From NCBI GenBank assembly GCA_000004695.1, contig CM000151.3, positions 4,224,001-4,288,000 of the forward strand: a stretch of DNA of 64,000 nucleotides, read 5' to 3'. Positions 63,998-64,000 of this stretch are shown here, in pieces. Below the pieces are notes generated by a model, which ran no database searches, was not told the DNA's origin, and saw nothing but the letters and a program-made list of their open reading frames with translations. Each line of letters opens with the position of its first letter. Within the stretch, counting starts at the first letter, position 1. The stretch comes from Dictyostelium discoideum. Taxonomy: Eukaryota. The translations under genes were made by a program, and so were the position numbers.

Positions 63998-64000
63998 TTT

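Overview
This window is nuclear DNA of a Dictyostelium-type social amoeba. The calls rest on three things seen in the sequence: about 75-80% A+T, long homopolymer A/T intergenic tracts, and (AAT)n/(CAA)n repeats that encode poly-Asn and poly-Gln inside ORFs. Introns are short (70-290 nt) and use GTAAGT/GTATGT/GTAAAT donors with AG acceptors. The supplied ORF track starts many ORFs at TTG or GTG and reads through introns, so I rebuilt gene models by hand from splice signals, reading phase and protein-family motifs. All family assignments are from motif recognition by eye; no database search was run.

I support about 26 protein-coding genes, most with one to three introns. Recognisable products include Bre1 (RING E3), eIF1/SUI1, a WWE+BRCT protein, a beta-helix surface protein, a PB1+C2H2 polyQ factor whose 5' exon I could not find, a SAM methyltransferase, SNAPC3/SNAP50, a sulfotransferase, a Sac2/INPP5F-like SAC phosphatase, an EGF-like 7TM protein, HMG-CoA synthase, a CobW/ZNG1-family GTPase, Rad9, the tail-anchored kinesin Kif9, G-protein gamma and an RRM protein. 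There are also several low-complexity or small secreted proteins.

The most unusual region is 44.0-48.5 kb. It holds a tandem pair of decaying paralogs for a GPI-anchored LRR/Ig-like surface protein, an internal 1.26 kb deletion in one copy, and a 145/230-nt inverted repeat in which both strands read as LRR-like peptide. A four-copy AAAACACTCCG(TTTC) motif sits in the bidirectional promoter between the CobW-GTPase and rad9.

I saw no tRNA, rRNA, CRISPR or recognisable transposon.
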